Shown: positions 41,564 to 51,830, counted from the stretch's first letter. The stretch is 64,000 nt of DNA from an uncultured Candidatus Binatia bacterium (GCA_965200965.1 OZ241744.1:2880001-2944000); one strand, 5' to 3'. Translations and numbers: made by a program. The notes: generated from the sequence alone by a model not told the origin.

Positions 41564-41891
41564 GGCGGGTGCTTGCATACGCGCTCCGACGCTCTCCGAA
41601 TCATGGGCCCGCGGCCCGTTTTTGCAGGACAAAGCGAATCGTTTGAATGCTCACCTCGGCCCGGGCGGTCCGAAATTACGACCGCGCACCGGGACGGCGA
41701 CAAGCCGGCCGGAAAATCCGACGACATGGACGCAAAATCGAGAAAAAAGCTGAGCGGCAGGCGAGCGGTGTCGGTCTGGGTGTGAACCAGTTCCAGGCCG
41801 GCCAGCCGGCCAAAGATCGGCCAGCGTTCGGTGAGCCGCTGGTAAGCGCGGACGCGCTCCTGCCAGGAGTCGATAATCTGTTGCTCTTCCA

Positions 41892-42206
41892 TCACGGTAT
41901 GAAGACACAATCTATGCCGTCCAGGAGCATATGGATCAAGAGACCAAGGCCGGCGATCCGCGTGGCCGGGATGAGCGTCAGGAGGCAGTAGGCGACAATC
42001 GCCGGGCCCGAGTGCAGCGGATGAAAGCCAATCCCGCAGCGGTCCGGGTCGTAGACCGGCGTGGCCAGGAGATGGTCAAGGTCAACGGCCATAGTCAGCA
42101 GCATGATCAGCCAGGCCCTCTGCCAGCGGGAGGGAAACACCAGACGGGCGACCAGCCCGGGTACCAGCAGGTGGAGGATGAGGTGAAAGACCGGGCGAGT
42201 CATCAT
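41892..42206 (-). CDS. DUF6122-like membrane protein
   Basis: MAVDLDHLLATPVYDPDRCGIGFHPLH motif. Confidence 0.8.
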   Translation of the reverse strand: MMTRPVFHLILHLLVPGLVARLVFPSRWQRAWLIMLLTMAVDLDHLLATPVYDPDRCGIGFHPLHSGPAIVAYCLLTLIPATRIAGLGLLIHMLLDGIDCVFIP

Positions 42207-42268
42207 TATGGGTGGTATCAGAGCCCGCGCCCCCGGCCAAGCGCGGCGGCGTGTGATATGCTCGTCCT

Positions 42269-44059
42269 ATGCCGCGGCTCCGCTCTCCATTTGCCGACCC
42301 CAAGCGCTGGCTGGGCTTTGTCATGTCCTGGACGCTGAGCTGTGCCCTGCTGCTCGCCCTGCCCTCTCCCGGCCCGCACGCTGTCGGCCAGTGGTATTCG
42401 GTCCTGCCGCCCGTGCTGGCCATTCTGCTGGCGATGTTTTTCCAACACCTGTTTGTCTCGCTTGGCGCAGCCGTCCTGTTGGGGGCTTTTCTGGCCTATG
42501 GCCCGCTGCCCTGGGTTGCCCTGCCCCGGGGCTTTGACACGTTTATCTGGGCCAACCTGAGCAGCGGGTTTCATCTTTCCATCCTGGCTTTTACCCTGAC
42601 CCTGGTCGGCATGGTGCAGGTCATGAGCCGCAGCGGGGCAGCTCATGCCCTGGTCGGCGCGCTCTTTGGGGCGGCCAAGAGCGGTCGGACGACCCGGCTC
42701 GGCATTGCCCTGGCGGGAGTCTTCTTTTTCTTTGACGACTATGCCAACTCGATGGTGCTCGGAACAACCCTGCGGCCGGTTGCCGACCGCTGGCGGATCT
42801 CCCGTGAGAAGCTGGCCTATCTGGTTGATTCGACCAGTGCGCCGGTGGCCGGGCTGGCGTTGATCTCGACCTGGATTGCCTACGAGGTCGGGCTGCTTGG
42901 CGAGATCGCCGCCGACCTGAAGCTGGGCCTGGACGGCTATGCGTTTTTCCTGCTGGCGCTGCCGCTGCGTTTCTACTGTCTGACAACCCTGCTGTTTGTG
43001 GTGTGCAACGCGGTCTTGGGCCGCGACTTTGGCGCAATGTATCGGGCCGAGGCGCGGGCTGTTCGGGACGGCACAGTGCTGCGCGACGGTGCCCGACTGC
43101 TCACGAGCCGGGCGCTTGAGGATGTCCGCCCGCCCGCGGACAGGCTGCCACCGTGGTCCCACGCGGTGTTGCCCGTGGTCGCCCTGATTGTGACCGCGGT
43201 GGGCGGGATGCTGTGGTCTGGAGCAGGGGCGATTCGGGCGGCCGGGGTCTCGTTTTCGGTCTTTGAGCCCGCGGTGTGGCGGCTCGCCTTTGGGGCGGTC
43301 GGCGGCTCGGCCGTGGGCTCAGGCCAAGTCCTTTTCCTGGCCAGCCTGGTCGGAACGAGCCTGGCCCTCGCCCTTGCCGTGTCGCAGCGTTTCCTGAGCC
43401 TGTCCGAGGGGATTGCGGCCTGGACACGCGGCATCGCGCTGGTCTGGCCGGCGGTGGTTATCCTTGTCCTGGCCTGGGCAATGAAAACCGTCTGCGCCGA
43501 CGTGCTGCACACCGACCTGTTTCTGGCGTCCACGCTGAGCGGGCACATCTCGCCGCTGGCCGTGCCGCTGGCCACCTTTGGCTTGGCCGCGGGCATTGCC
43601 TTTGCCACCGGCACAAGCTGGGGGACGATGGGGATTGTCCTGCCGCTGGCCGTGCCGCTGGCCCACAGCCTGGCCGATGGGCAGGCCGCAATGGTGTGGC
43701 TGACCGCTGCGGCGGTGCTTGACGGGGCGATCTTTGGCGATCATTGCTCGCCAATCAGCGATACCACGATTTTGTCAGCAACGGCGTCAAGCTGCGATCC
43801 GCTGGACCATGTCTGGACCCAGATTCCGTACGCGCTGAACTGCGCCCTGCTGGCCGGCCTGGCCGGCTATTGTGGAGTGGCCTGGGGCCTGCCGGTCTGG
43901 GCGGCCTATGTCCTGCTGCTGATCGGCACCCTGGCCGTCCTGCTCGGGCTCGGCCGGCCCTCGCCCGAGCCGCCGACCGTCTCAGTCGTCGCTCAGGGCC
44001 ATGAAGAGCCGCAGGATGTACCAGAACAACAACGCCACCCCGGCAAACAGAGCCAGTGA
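42269..44059 (+). CDS. Na+/H+ antiporter NhaC family protein
   Basis: FFDDYAN, SREKLAYLVDSTSAPVA, GTSWGT, GAIFGDHCSPISDTT motifs. Confidence 0.92.
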   Translation: MPRLRSPFADPKRWLGFVMSWTLSCALLLALPSPGPHAVGQWYSVLPPVLAILLAMFFQHLFVSLGAAVLLGAFLAYGPLPWVALPRGFDTFIWANLSSGFHLSILAFTLTLVGMVQVMSRSGAAHALVGALFGAAKSGRTTRLGIALAGVFFFFDDYANSMVLGTTLRPVADRWRISREKLAYLVDSTSAPVAGLALISTWIAYEVGLLGEIAADLKLGLDGYAFFLLALPLRFYCLTTLLFVVCNAVLGRDFGAMYRAEARAVRDGTVLRDGARLLTSRALEDVRPPADRLPPWSHAVLPVVALIVTAVGGMLWSGAGAIRAAGVSFSVFEPAVWRLAFGAVGGSAVGSGQVLFLASLVGTSLALALAVSQRFLSLSEGIAAWTRGIALVWPAVVILVLAWAMKTVCADVLHTDLFLASTLSGHISPLAVPLATFGLAAGIAFATGTSWGTMGIVLPLAVPLAHSLADGQAAMVWLTAAAVLDGAIFGDHCSPISDTTILSATASSCDPLDHVWTQIPYALNCALLAGLAGYCGVAWGLPVWAAYVLLLIGTLAVLLGLGRPSPEPPTVSVVAQGHEEPQDVPEQQRHPGKQSQ

Positions 44060-44686
44060 GGCGGCCACATGTTGATCCGGTCGGTAGTGGTGGATGATGT
44101 TCGAGGTGGTGTACAGAATTGAGCCGGCGGCGTAGGCAACCATGATGGTCGAGAACAACAGGCCGAGGCTGAAGCCGAACAGGAGGCTGACCACAATGAC
44201 GCCCAGGGCAAGAAACCCCCCGATGGCTAAAATCCCCCGCAGGAAGGAAAAATCCTTGCGGGTGGTAAAGGCGATACAGGTCAGCCCGCCAAACAGCACG
44301 AGCGTCATCAGGCCGGCCTTGGACAGCACATCGGGCGAGCTGAAATGAACCGCCATATACAGCATGGGCAGAAAGATCACCGCTTCGGCAACCACAAACA
44401 GCCCCAGGCCGACATATTGCAGCCGCGGCGAGGTGTCCGACCGGGCCCAACTGTCGGCCAGCCATGACACGCCCATAAAAGCCGCCAGAACGACCAACCA
44501 GCCATAGCCGCCGACCATCATGCTCACCAGGGCCGGCGTTCCAGACCACGACAACAGGATGTTCTCAACAGCCAGAAAGCCCAGAATGGCAAACGCCAAG
44601 TGGGTGTAGGTGCGGCGAATGAATGCCGAGCGGACCGTGTCCGCGGCGTAGGCCGCGGGGCGGGAGTATGCGTGTACAGTGCTCAT
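43982..44686 (-). CDS. Bax inhibitor-1/YccA family membrane protein
   Basis: FIRRTY.HL, T.KDFSFL, ILY.TS.I, ASLALF...ALLFWYILRLF. Confidence 0.9.
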   Translation of the reverse strand: MSTVHAYSRPAAYAADTVRSAFIRRTYTHLAFAILGFLAVENILLSWSGTPALVSMMVGGYGWLVVLAAFMGVSWLADSWARSDTSPRLQYVGLGLFVVAEAVIFLPMLYMAVHFSSPDVLSKAGLMTLVLFGGLTCIAFTTRKDFSFLRGILAIGGFLALGVIVVSLLFGFSLGLLFSTIMVAYAAGSILYTTSNIIHHYRPDQHVAASLALFAGVALLFWYILRLFMALSDD

Positions 44687-44690
44687 TGGC

Positions 44691-45629
44691 CTAGACCTCC
44701 TGTTTCTGTGCAAACGCTGCCTTGAGTGCGCTGCCGGCCTCGTCAATCGCTTTGCGGCAGGCGTCAAAGGCAAAGAAACTGAAAAAGCCGTGGATCATGC
44801 CGTCATACCGGGAGGTAGTGACCTGGCAGCCGGCCTGCCTCAGCTTGTCGGCATAGGCCTCACCCTCGTCCCGCAGCGGATCAAACTCGGCCGTAATCAC
44901 CAGTGCGGGCGGCGGGCTGTTGACGTATTTGGCCTGGAGCGGAGACGCATACGGGTTCTTGCCGTCGGCTTCGCTGGCCAGATAATGGCCCCAGAACCAC
45001 TGCATGGCATCGACCGTCAGCAGATAATCCTTGGCGTTCTGCTTGCACGATTCGGTATCAAACGCGTGGTTGGTCACCGGGTAGATCAGGAGTTGGAAGG
45101 CCAGAGACGGTGCTCCGCGGTCGCCGGCCATGAGCGCCACGGCCGCGGCCAGATTCCCCCCGGCGCTATCCCCCCCAACGGCCACCCGGATGGGATCGCC
45201 CTGGTAGGTGGCGATATTGAGCATCGTCCACTTGGTGGCCTCATAGCAGTCGTCCGCGGCCGCGGGAAATTTATGTTCCGGGGCGAGGCGGTAGTCAACC
45301 GACACGGTGACGCAGTTGGCTGCGTTACTCAGCGCGCGGCAGGTCGGATCGTGCGTCTCCAGGTCGCCGATGACCCAGCCGCCGCCGTGAAAGAACACCA
45401 GGACCGGGAAGGGGCCGCGTCCCTCGGGTACATAGATCCGAATTGGCACGGGTCCGTTGACGGTGGGGATGGTCCGGTCTTCAACCCTGGAGACCGATTC
45501 GGGATGTTCCGCCGCAAACAGACCTTTGATGGCCTGCCGCGCTTCGGCAACCGGCAGTTCGTTCAGGCCCGGGGCACCCGCGGCTGCTAATTGATCGAGC
45601 AATGCTTTGGCTTGTGGGTCTAAGGGCAT
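44691..45629 (-). CDS. Alpha/beta hydrolase (HSL-family esterase)
   Basis: HGGG, YRLAPEH, GDSAGGNL, DPLRDE, HGF motifs. Confidence 0.95.
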   Translation of the reverse strand: MPLDPQAKALLDQLAAAGAPGLNELPVAEARQAIKGLFAAEHPESVSRVEDRTIPTVNGPVPIRIYVPEGRGPFPVLVFFHGGGWVIGDLETHDPTCRALSNAANCVTVSVDYRLAPEHKFPAAADDCYEATKWTMLNIATYQGDPIRVAVGGDSAGGNLAAAVALMAGDRGAPSLAFQLLIYPVTNHAFDTESCKQNAKDYLLTVDAMQWFWGHYLASEADGKNPYASPLQAKYVNSPPPALVITAEFDPLRDEGEAYADKLRQAGCQVTTSRYDGMIHGFFSFFAFDACRKAIDEAGSALKAAFAQKQEV

Positions 45630-45768
45630 GCTGTTCCTCCTTGTGCAAGCTTGTGCAAGATACCTCACCATTTTCTAGCCTGCCCATGCCCCCGGAGGCA
45701 AGTAGGGGCCAGGCAGTCGGTTGTGCACAGCCTTGCCCAAGCCGGGCTGAGGACATACAACAGACCGC

Positions 45769-47466
45769 ATGGAAGCCCTTGACCCCATCGCTTTGGAGAT
45801 TGTGTGGAACCGCCTGATCTCGATTGTCAACGAACAGGCGACAGCCCTCCAGAACGCCTCGTTTACTACCGTGGTCCGCGAGGCCGGCGACCTGTCGGCC
45901 GGGGTGTTTGACATCCAGGGCAATATGATCGCCCAGGCCGTCACCGGCACGCCGGGCCATATCAACACGATGGCGCTGGCCGTGCGCCACTTTTTGGCCG
46001 CCTACCCGTGGCCGCAGCTCGAAGACGGCGACAGCCTGATCAGCAACGATCCATGGCTGACCTCCGGCCACCTCAACGACTTTACGGTTGTCACCCCGAT
46101 CTTTCGCGCCGGCCAGCCGGTCGGCCTGTTTGCCAACACCTGTCACGCGGTTGATGTGGGCGGGCGGATGCTGGGCGCAGACGCCCGTCAGGTGTTTGAA
46201 GAGGGCATCTATGTCCCGATCATGAAGCTCTTCCGCGCCGGCCGGCCCAACGACGATCTGTTCCGGCTGGTCAAACAGAATGTCCGTGCGCCCGAGCTGG
46301 TTGAGGGCGACCTGATGGCCCAGGTCGGCAGCAACGAGGTGGGCGGGGCCAAACTGCTGGAGTTCATGGACGAGGCAGACCTGCCCGGGCTCGATCAGCT
46401 CTCGGACGCCATCCTGAGGACCTCGGAAAAGGCGATGCGGGAGGCGATTGCCGAGCTGCCGCGGGGGACATACCAGCACGAAATCCGGATGGACGGCTTT
46501 GACGAGCCGATCGTGGTCAACATTGCGGTGCGGGTCGAAGGCTCGGACCTGTATGTCGATTTTACCGGCACCTCGGCCCAGTGTGAGCGGGGGATCAATG
46601 TCCCGTTTGCCTATTGTGTGGCCTATACGACCTATCCCCTCACCTGCGCTGTCTCGCCCGGTGTGCCCAATAATGCGGGCAGCTTTCGACCGATTCATAT
46701 CAGCGCCCCGCGGGGCTGCATCCTGAACTGCGCGTTTCCGGCACCGGTTGGCGGGCGGCACATTATCGGCCACTTTCTGTCTACCGCGGTGTTTGGCGCG
46801 CTGTCACAGGCGGTGCCCGATCGCGTTCTGGCCGACGGCGCGGCCAATATCTGGATCACCCAGTTTACCGGCACGGGCGCGGACGGCGAAAACTTTACCT
46901 CTGTCTTCTTCTCTTCAGGTGGAATGGGCGCGCGGCCAGACAAGGACGGCATCTCGGCCACGGCCTTTCCCAGCGGCATCCAGGGCGTGCCGGCCGAGAT
47001 CATTGAAAATGTCTCGCCGCTGCTCATGGAGCAACGCGCCCTTATTCCCGACTCCGGCGGACCGGGCAGATATCGGGGGGGATTGGGCCAGGAGATGGTC
47101 TTATCGGTCAGAACGTCCGAGCCGGTCATCCACTCGGCCATGTATGACCGGACCAAATTTCCGGCGCTGGGCTATCAGGGCGGGAAGAACGGCGGGCTGG
47201 GCGATTTTCTCTTATCGGACGGCAGTCGCCCCCACCCCAAGGCCCAGTACCGATTGCGGCCCGACCAGAAAGTCATCTTGCGGCTGCCGGGCGGGGGTGG
47301 CTTTTACTCGCCTCTCGAACGCGCGCCCGAATTGGTCCGGCAAGACGTGGTGGACGGCTATGTATCCGTTGCCGCGGCCCGGGCCGAGTACGGCCTTGTT
47401 TTGGACGCCGAGGGCGAGATCGACTGGCCACAAACCCGAGGCTTGCGGACGGAGATGAACGCTTAG
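45769..47466 (+). CDS. Hydantoinase B/oxoprolinase family protein
   Basis: DPIALEIVWNRL, NDPW..SGHLND, DSGGPGRYRGGLG, PGGGG motifs. Confidence 0.93.
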   Translation: MEALDPIALEIVWNRLISIVNEQATALQNASFTTVVREAGDLSAGVFDIQGNMIAQAVTGTPGHINTMALAVRHFLAAYPWPQLEDGDSLISNDPWLTSGHLNDFTVVTPIFRAGQPVGLFANTCHAVDVGGRMLGADARQVFEEGIYVPIMKLFRAGRPNDDLFRLVKQNVRAPELVEGDLMAQVGSNEVGGAKLLEFMDEADLPGLDQLSDAILRTSEKAMREAIAELPRGTYQHEIRMDGFDEPIVVNIAVRVEGSDLYVDFTGTSAQCERGINVPFAYCVAYTTYPLTCAVSPGVPNNAGSFRPIHISAPRGCILNCAFPAPVGGRHIIGHFLSTAVFGALSQAVPDRVLADGAANIWITQFTGTGADGENFTSVFFSSGGMGARPDKDGISATAFPSGIQGVPAEIIENVSPLLMEQRALIPDSGGPGRYRGGLGQEMVLSVRTSEPVIHSAMYDRTKFPALGYQGGKNGGLGDFLLSDGSRPHPKAQYRLRPDQKVILRLPGGGGFYSPLERAPELVRQDVVDGYVSVAAARAEYGLVLDAEGEIDWPQTRGLRTEMNA

Positions 47467-47567
47467 CTGGGAGAGCGTTCGCGGACTTGCCCGCACTATC
47501 GTTTCGCTGTTCTGCGTGCTAGTGTTGAGTGTGGTTCCCGAAACGCGAACACCGAGAATTGGCTGAC

Positions 47568-48653
47568 ATGATGCAGGCACAACGGTCCGGCAAAGACAGG
47601 ACACGACAGAGCCAGTACTGGATGCGCGCCATCTCGTTTGCTGGACTCCATCGTATCGTGAAAGCCGTTGCTGCCTTTCCGAACGGCCTGAGGGCCGCTG
47701 AAATGAACCAGTTGGTGCAAGAGAATAAGCTCGTGCTTACCCGGCGTCGTTCTGCCCCGGCCCCGACGACCCTGTACCACTATCGACGTACTTTGCTTTG
47801 CCTGCGTGCACTCACACGAGATGGGCGGAGGCTGCGTATCAATGCAGCTGACCCTGATGTTCGCAAGTTGCTCTGTCACCCAGTCCCGGCTAGCGGAGAT
47901 CGCACGCTCACTGATTCCGCAAAAGACCATTTCGCCGCGTTGGTCTTAAAGAATGCACCATGCAGGACACTGTTTTTTGATCTGTTCATGCCCGTGGGTG
48001 TCACCGCAGATTCCGTTGTGCGTTTTCGTCACAACGGTTGTCCTGTCACATGGACCCGCCATACCTCCTGTCGTGCCAGGGAGGTGGTTTTTCACAATGA
48101 CACAACAGGCCGTACAGCACGGTGTACTTCACCCGTAAGCGTAGCTGCTCTCCTCTACGGGGTGCGCTACTGGGCGCGTGATGAGTTGGGACTCATAGAC
48201 GAATATTGTCCAAAGGGCGGTGATGGCGTGGTCATGTTTCCTATATTACGCCCCCGATCTTACGCTACGCGAAACGGCCGCTCTGTCCCGCAAATTGCGT
48301 ACCGCCTCCTCTCGATGCGGAACTCAGAGGAATGGACGGTCTTCTCCATTCTTGATCTCATTACTCGGTGCTGCGAAGCGCACCGGCAACCGATCAGCGC
48401 GCTTTTTGACGCGATCGATTGGCTGCTTCGAGAATGGCCGCATCACGTCGTCCTGATCCCGACCTCTCGTGCTCTTGCAACGCTCACGGCGACCTCTGCG
48501 CAAAGGGAGACGCTGGAGTTGCGACAGTACTACCAAGTCTCAAACGGCCCTTACATCTCCCACTTCCGCATACACAAAGACATCGTGTTGAAAACCACGG
48601 AGTTCACAGACCATCATGTCCAACATCCTTCAAAAATTCAGGCTGCATTCTAA
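47568..48653 (+). CDS. Hypothetical protein, putative tandem winged-helix DNA-binding subunit (gene 1 of cassette)
   Basis: Long ORF overlapping the ATPase start; TTLYHYRRTLLCL and YWARDELGLIDE look like wHTH segments (inference). Start could be 47529. Confidence 0.65.
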   Translation: MMQAQRSGKDRTRQSQYWMRAISFAGLHRIVKAVAAFPNGLRAAEMNQLVQENKLVLTRRRSAPAPTTLYHYRRTLLCLRALTRDGRRLRINAADPDVRKLLCHPVPASGDRTLTDSAKDHFAALVLKNAPCRTLFFDLFMPVGVTADSVVRFRHNGCPVTWTRHTSCRAREVVFHNDTTGRTARCTSPVSVAALLYGVRYWARDELGLIDEYCPKGGDGVVMFPILRPRSYATRNGRSVPQIAYRLLSMRNSEEWTVFSILDLITRCCEAHRQPISALFDAIDWLLREWPHHVVLIPTSRALATLTATSAQRETLELRQYYQVSNGPYISHFRIHKDIVLKTTEFTDHHVQHPSKIQAAF

Positions 48654-49803
48654 TCCTTTCGAGCCTGCCGCGACGGGTATGCCTCTTTCGGGGGCTCTAC
48701 CTCCGCCGGAGACATGGAAGACGGATGTGCAACATCTCCTTGATATTCATCAGACTGGAGAGGGGGTGAAGGCCATTGTCATTAATGGCGCCTATGGGAG
48801 TGGAAAGACTTGCCTGCTGCAATGGCTCCATAGGGACATCCTGCCAAAACGTCAGATCAGGTCGTTCTACTTCGACAATCCAGGGGTACAATTCTATGAC
48901 CTCGCTAACATGTTATTACGCACTATTGGGCGAAAAGATTTTGCTAAATTTATTTGGGAGTTGGCAGGCTCGTATGTGACTGTCCCATATCCGAGGTCTC
49001 TTTTCCAAGAGGGTTTCGAGGAGTATTTGTCCGACGCGTTTCGTCCACATCGGACTCAACCGGACATGACAAAGCCCCTCCAGGATGCTATCCTGAATGC
49101 GCAAGTCACGACCGACGAAGAGATCGCACACTGTCTCGCTCGGATCGTCACCGAGACTATAAAGCAACCGTATTTTGAATACCGGGACTTCGTCCCTCGC
49201 TCAAGAGGCAGTGTGGTCCCTGAAGGAGAGGAAGCCCCCTACTTTGGAGCGATATTGAAAACAATTTTACAAGGGACAAGTGCCAAGGCCATTGCGTTTC
49301 TGATAGACGAATTCGAGGAAATAGGCCTGCAGAAACGGCTCAGCAAGCGAGCGGCGCACGGTTACTTGGCCACGCTGAAACGTCTTATCAACCTTGCTGA
49401 AAACGCGCCGTTCAACTTCTGGATTGTGCTCTCAATGACACCCGATGCTTACCAGACTACCGAAAACCTTGAACCCTCTCTTGTGGCGCGTATTGCGGAC
49501 CGTAAATTCGATCTCAAACCCCTGACGCCCAAGGATGCGCTCGCTCTGATGAAATCCCGGATAGACGCTACTCGCTCAGGAGAGACAGATGAGTCAATGG
49601 GTGCCCTTTTCCCGTTTCCTGACAATATCCTCTTTCATCCCAGCACCTACTCGAATCCCAGGCGGCTTATAAAAGTGTGTTTCCGGGCGCTTGGGCAGGC
49701 AGACGCTGAGGTGCAACTCCCATTTACGGAGGACTATCTTCACGCAATCGAAAAAGAGCTTTATCCCAGCTTGGCTCCAACAGAAACGCAAAACCATGAA
49801 TGA
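48616..49803 (+). CDS. AAA+/P-loop ATPase (gene 2 of cassette)
   Basis: N-terminal NPF, Walker A GAYGSGKT, Walker B FLIDEFEE, putative Arg finger LVARI, sensor-II-like SNPRRLIKVC. Confidence 0.88.
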   Translation: MSNILQKFRLHSNPFEPAATGMPLSGALPPPETWKTDVQHLLDIHQTGEGVKAIVINGAYGSGKTCLLQWLHRDILPKRQIRSFYFDNPGVQFYDLANMLLRTIGRKDFAKFIWELAGSYVTVPYPRSLFQEGFEEYLSDAFRPHRTQPDMTKPLQDAILNAQVTTDEEIAHCLARIVTETIKQPYFEYRDFVPRSRGSVVPEGEEAPYFGAILKTILQGTSAKAIAFLIDEFEEIGLQKRLSKRAAHGYLATLKRLINLAENAPFNFWIVLSMTPDAYQTTENLEPSLVARIADRKFDLKPLTPKDALALMKSRIDATRSGETDESMGALFPFPDNILFHPSTYSNPRRLIKVCFRALGQADAEVQLPFTEDYLHAIEKELYPSLAPTETQNHE

Positions 49804-50578
49804 TCGACAGGATTTTTGGAAGGTCGTATTCCTGGACACAAATACCCTCCATTACATCGGAATCTACCTGGAATATGCGCAGGAGAAATCCCTATATCCT
49901 TATTCTCAGGACATCAAAGAGAAGGCGATAGCGAACATCAACGAACAAGCGAAAGCCGATGTCAAGCCAAGCCTTAAGCGGGGGCTGGAAACTGTCGACT
50001 ATTTCCGTTCGTCTGGTGTACAGGTCCAATACTCGCCCATCTCTGAGCTTGAGTTACTCACAGGGAAAGCGAGAGGAAGAGCCCTCTTGAGGGCAGCAAG
50101 AGAAGGGGTGCCGGACCGGATGTACTCGCGCTTTCTTGAAAAAGAAATCAGCGCCCGAGTGGGCGTCGACGACTTGAAGGAGGTCAAGGAGAAGGTGGAC
50201 GGGTTAACTTCACTGCTGGAAAAATTGGATGTTGTTGTCAAGATGAGCCGCGGTGACGAAACGCGCGATGTGCTGGAGTTGGCAAAGGGTATCAATGGGC
50301 TGATTTATATGCAAGCTATGGACAGTATTATTTATGCGAGTACGCTCGTTGCCAAAGCGGATTACCTGTTTACCAGTGATAAATATCTCAGAAATACTAT
50401 AAACAGAATACAGGGTCTACGCAGTTCGGGTGACACTACCCGCGATCGGGAAATCAGAAGACAATTACGCCAACTCGTCAGCAACATCATACCTGGACCT
50501 GGAACTGCCGATAAAGTGGAATTGCCAAGTGCCCATACGATTACAGCTGGCGGTACAGCTAAACCGGAGATACCGTAA
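49796..50578 (+). CDS. PIN-like domain nuclease (gene 3 of cassette)
   Basis: VFLDTNTL, SELE, MDSIIYAS, LFTSDK acidic PIN pattern; ATGAATGA overlap with the ATPase stop. Confidence 0.72.
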   Translation: MNDRQDFWKVVFLDTNTLHYIGIYLEYAQEKSLYPYSQDIKEKAIANINEQAKADVKPSLKRGLETVDYFRSSGVQVQYSPISELELLTGKARGRALLRAAREGVPDRMYSRFLEKEISARVGVDDLKEVKEKVDGLTSLLEKLDVVVKMSRGDETRDVLELAKGINGLIYMQAMDSIIYASTLVAKADYLFTSDKYLRNTINRIQGLRSSGDTTRDREIRRQLRQLVSNIIPGPGTADKVELPSAHTITAGGTAKPEIP

Positions 50579-50591
50579 ACCGGAGATACCG
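50560..50591. repeat. Perfect 16-bp tandem duplication TAAACCGGAGATACCG
   Basis: 50560-50575 equals 50576-50591; the second copy supplies the TAA stop of the PIN gene. Confidence 0.9.
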
Positions 50592-50615
50592 GGTTCACGA
50601 ACATGATCGCACGTC

Positions 50616-51830
50616 ATGAAGTGGCACGTTACCGAACGGGCTGAGTGGAAACATTGGATGACACCAAGAGCCGCGAGGGAGAAGGCGGTCCACCGCTGGT
50701 ATCTTTTTCCTCACAGCTTTACGGGCGAACTCGTCTACTCTTTAGTTGATGAATGGAGATTGACCGAACACGATACGATCCTTGACCCCTTTACGGGCGC
50801 GGGGACCACACTCTTGGCCGCGAAGGAAAAGAGCCTTTCGGGGACAGGTTACGATCTTTCCCCCCTCGCCGTTCTTGCCTCGAACACCAAGACAGCTACT
50901 TTTGTACCGGAGAACTTGGAGAAGCTAGGGCAGACGCTCCAACACGCCTCACAGTCGAGAAGCGCGTTGCCTATGAAGCGAACCTACCCAGAACTGGTAC
51001 GAAAAGCGCTGCCTGAGGGACGGCTTGAAGCGTTCGATACGATTGCTACGCGTATAGACACCCTTGACGGTTCTTCGTCGGAGCGAGACTTCTTTCGGCT
51101 GGCGTTGATTTCCATCATCCCGCATTTCAGTCATGCGGTTGCAAACGGGGGCTGGTTGAGGTGGTTGCGCCAGGGCGCTGGCACCGAAAACGTGTGGAAC
51201 TCTTTCAAGGATCGAGTCGAGATGATGTTATCGGACGTTCGTGACTCGGAACCCCAAGGCGCTGGCAATTGGGAGGCCCGGGTCGCGGATGCCCGCACCA
51301 TCCCAGCGCCCGACGCATCGTATTCAGCCGTGATTACTTCGCCGCCATACCCGAATCGTCACGACTATACGCGAATCTTCGGTATAGAATTGATGTTTGC
51401 GTTTCATGGCTGGGAGGCAAATCGAGCCCTGAGATACCAGAGTTTCCATTCCCATCCAGAAGCTCGCCCGAAACGACCTCCGGCGAAAGGGTACGAAGCA
51501 CCGAAATCGCTGGAAAGAAATATTTGCCATGTGAGAGACCAGCGTATGCAACAGATGCTACGGGGGTACTTTTTTGATATGTATCTCTGTCTGTGTGAAG
51601 TTGAACGTGTGTGTCGTGCAGGCGGAAAGGCTGCGTTCGTGGTTGGAAACGCCCGCTACGATGGCAGCGTCATTCCTGTTGACGAGTACAGCGCGGAAAT
51701 CGGCGAGCGGGCAGGGCTCATATGCAAGGAAATACGAGTGGTACGTTGGCGCGGAAACAGTGCCCAGCAGATGGGGAAATACGGGCGCGTGGCATCCCGA
51801 GAGAGCGTTGTGCTCTTTGAGAAACGATGA
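50616..51830 (+). CDS. DNA methyltransferase, alpha-type order, probably N4-cytosine (gene 4 of cassette)
   Basis: VHRWY.FPHSF, ILDPFTGAGTT (motif I) before ITSPPYPN (motif IV), VVGN, RESV. Confidence 0.88.
   Translation: MKWHVTERAEWKHWMTPRAAREKAVHRWYLFPHSFTGELVYSLVDEWRLTEHDTILDPFTGAGTTLLAAKEKSLSGTGYDLSPLAVLASNTKTATFVPENLEKLGQTLQHASQSRSALPMKRTYPELVRKALPEGRLEAFDTIATRIDTLDGSSSERDFFRLALISIIPHFSHAVANGGWLRWLRQGAGTENVWNSFKDRVEMMLSDVRDSEPQGAGNWEARVADARTIPAPDASYSAVITSPPYPNRHDYTRIFGIELMFAFHGWEANRALRYQSFHSHPEARPKRPPAKGYEAPKSLERNICHVRDQRMQQMLRGYFFDMYLCLCEVERVCRAGGKAAFVVGNARYDGSVIPVDEYSAEIGERAGLICKEIRVVRWRGNSAQQMGKYGRVASRESVVLFEKR

Noticed and set aside
41640-41895. tRNA or real gene between OPT and the DUF6122-like gene
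   Set aside because: No cloverleaf or T-loop; the ORF has a plausible start but no recognisable family, so at most a fragment.
43982-44059. Convergent overlap of the NhaC and Bax-inhibitor genes
   Set aside because: A short tail overlap is common in compact GC-rich genomes.
47529-51830. Calling the cassette BREX or DISARM
   Set aside because: No PglZ, BrxC-sized ATPase, helicase or PLD genes.
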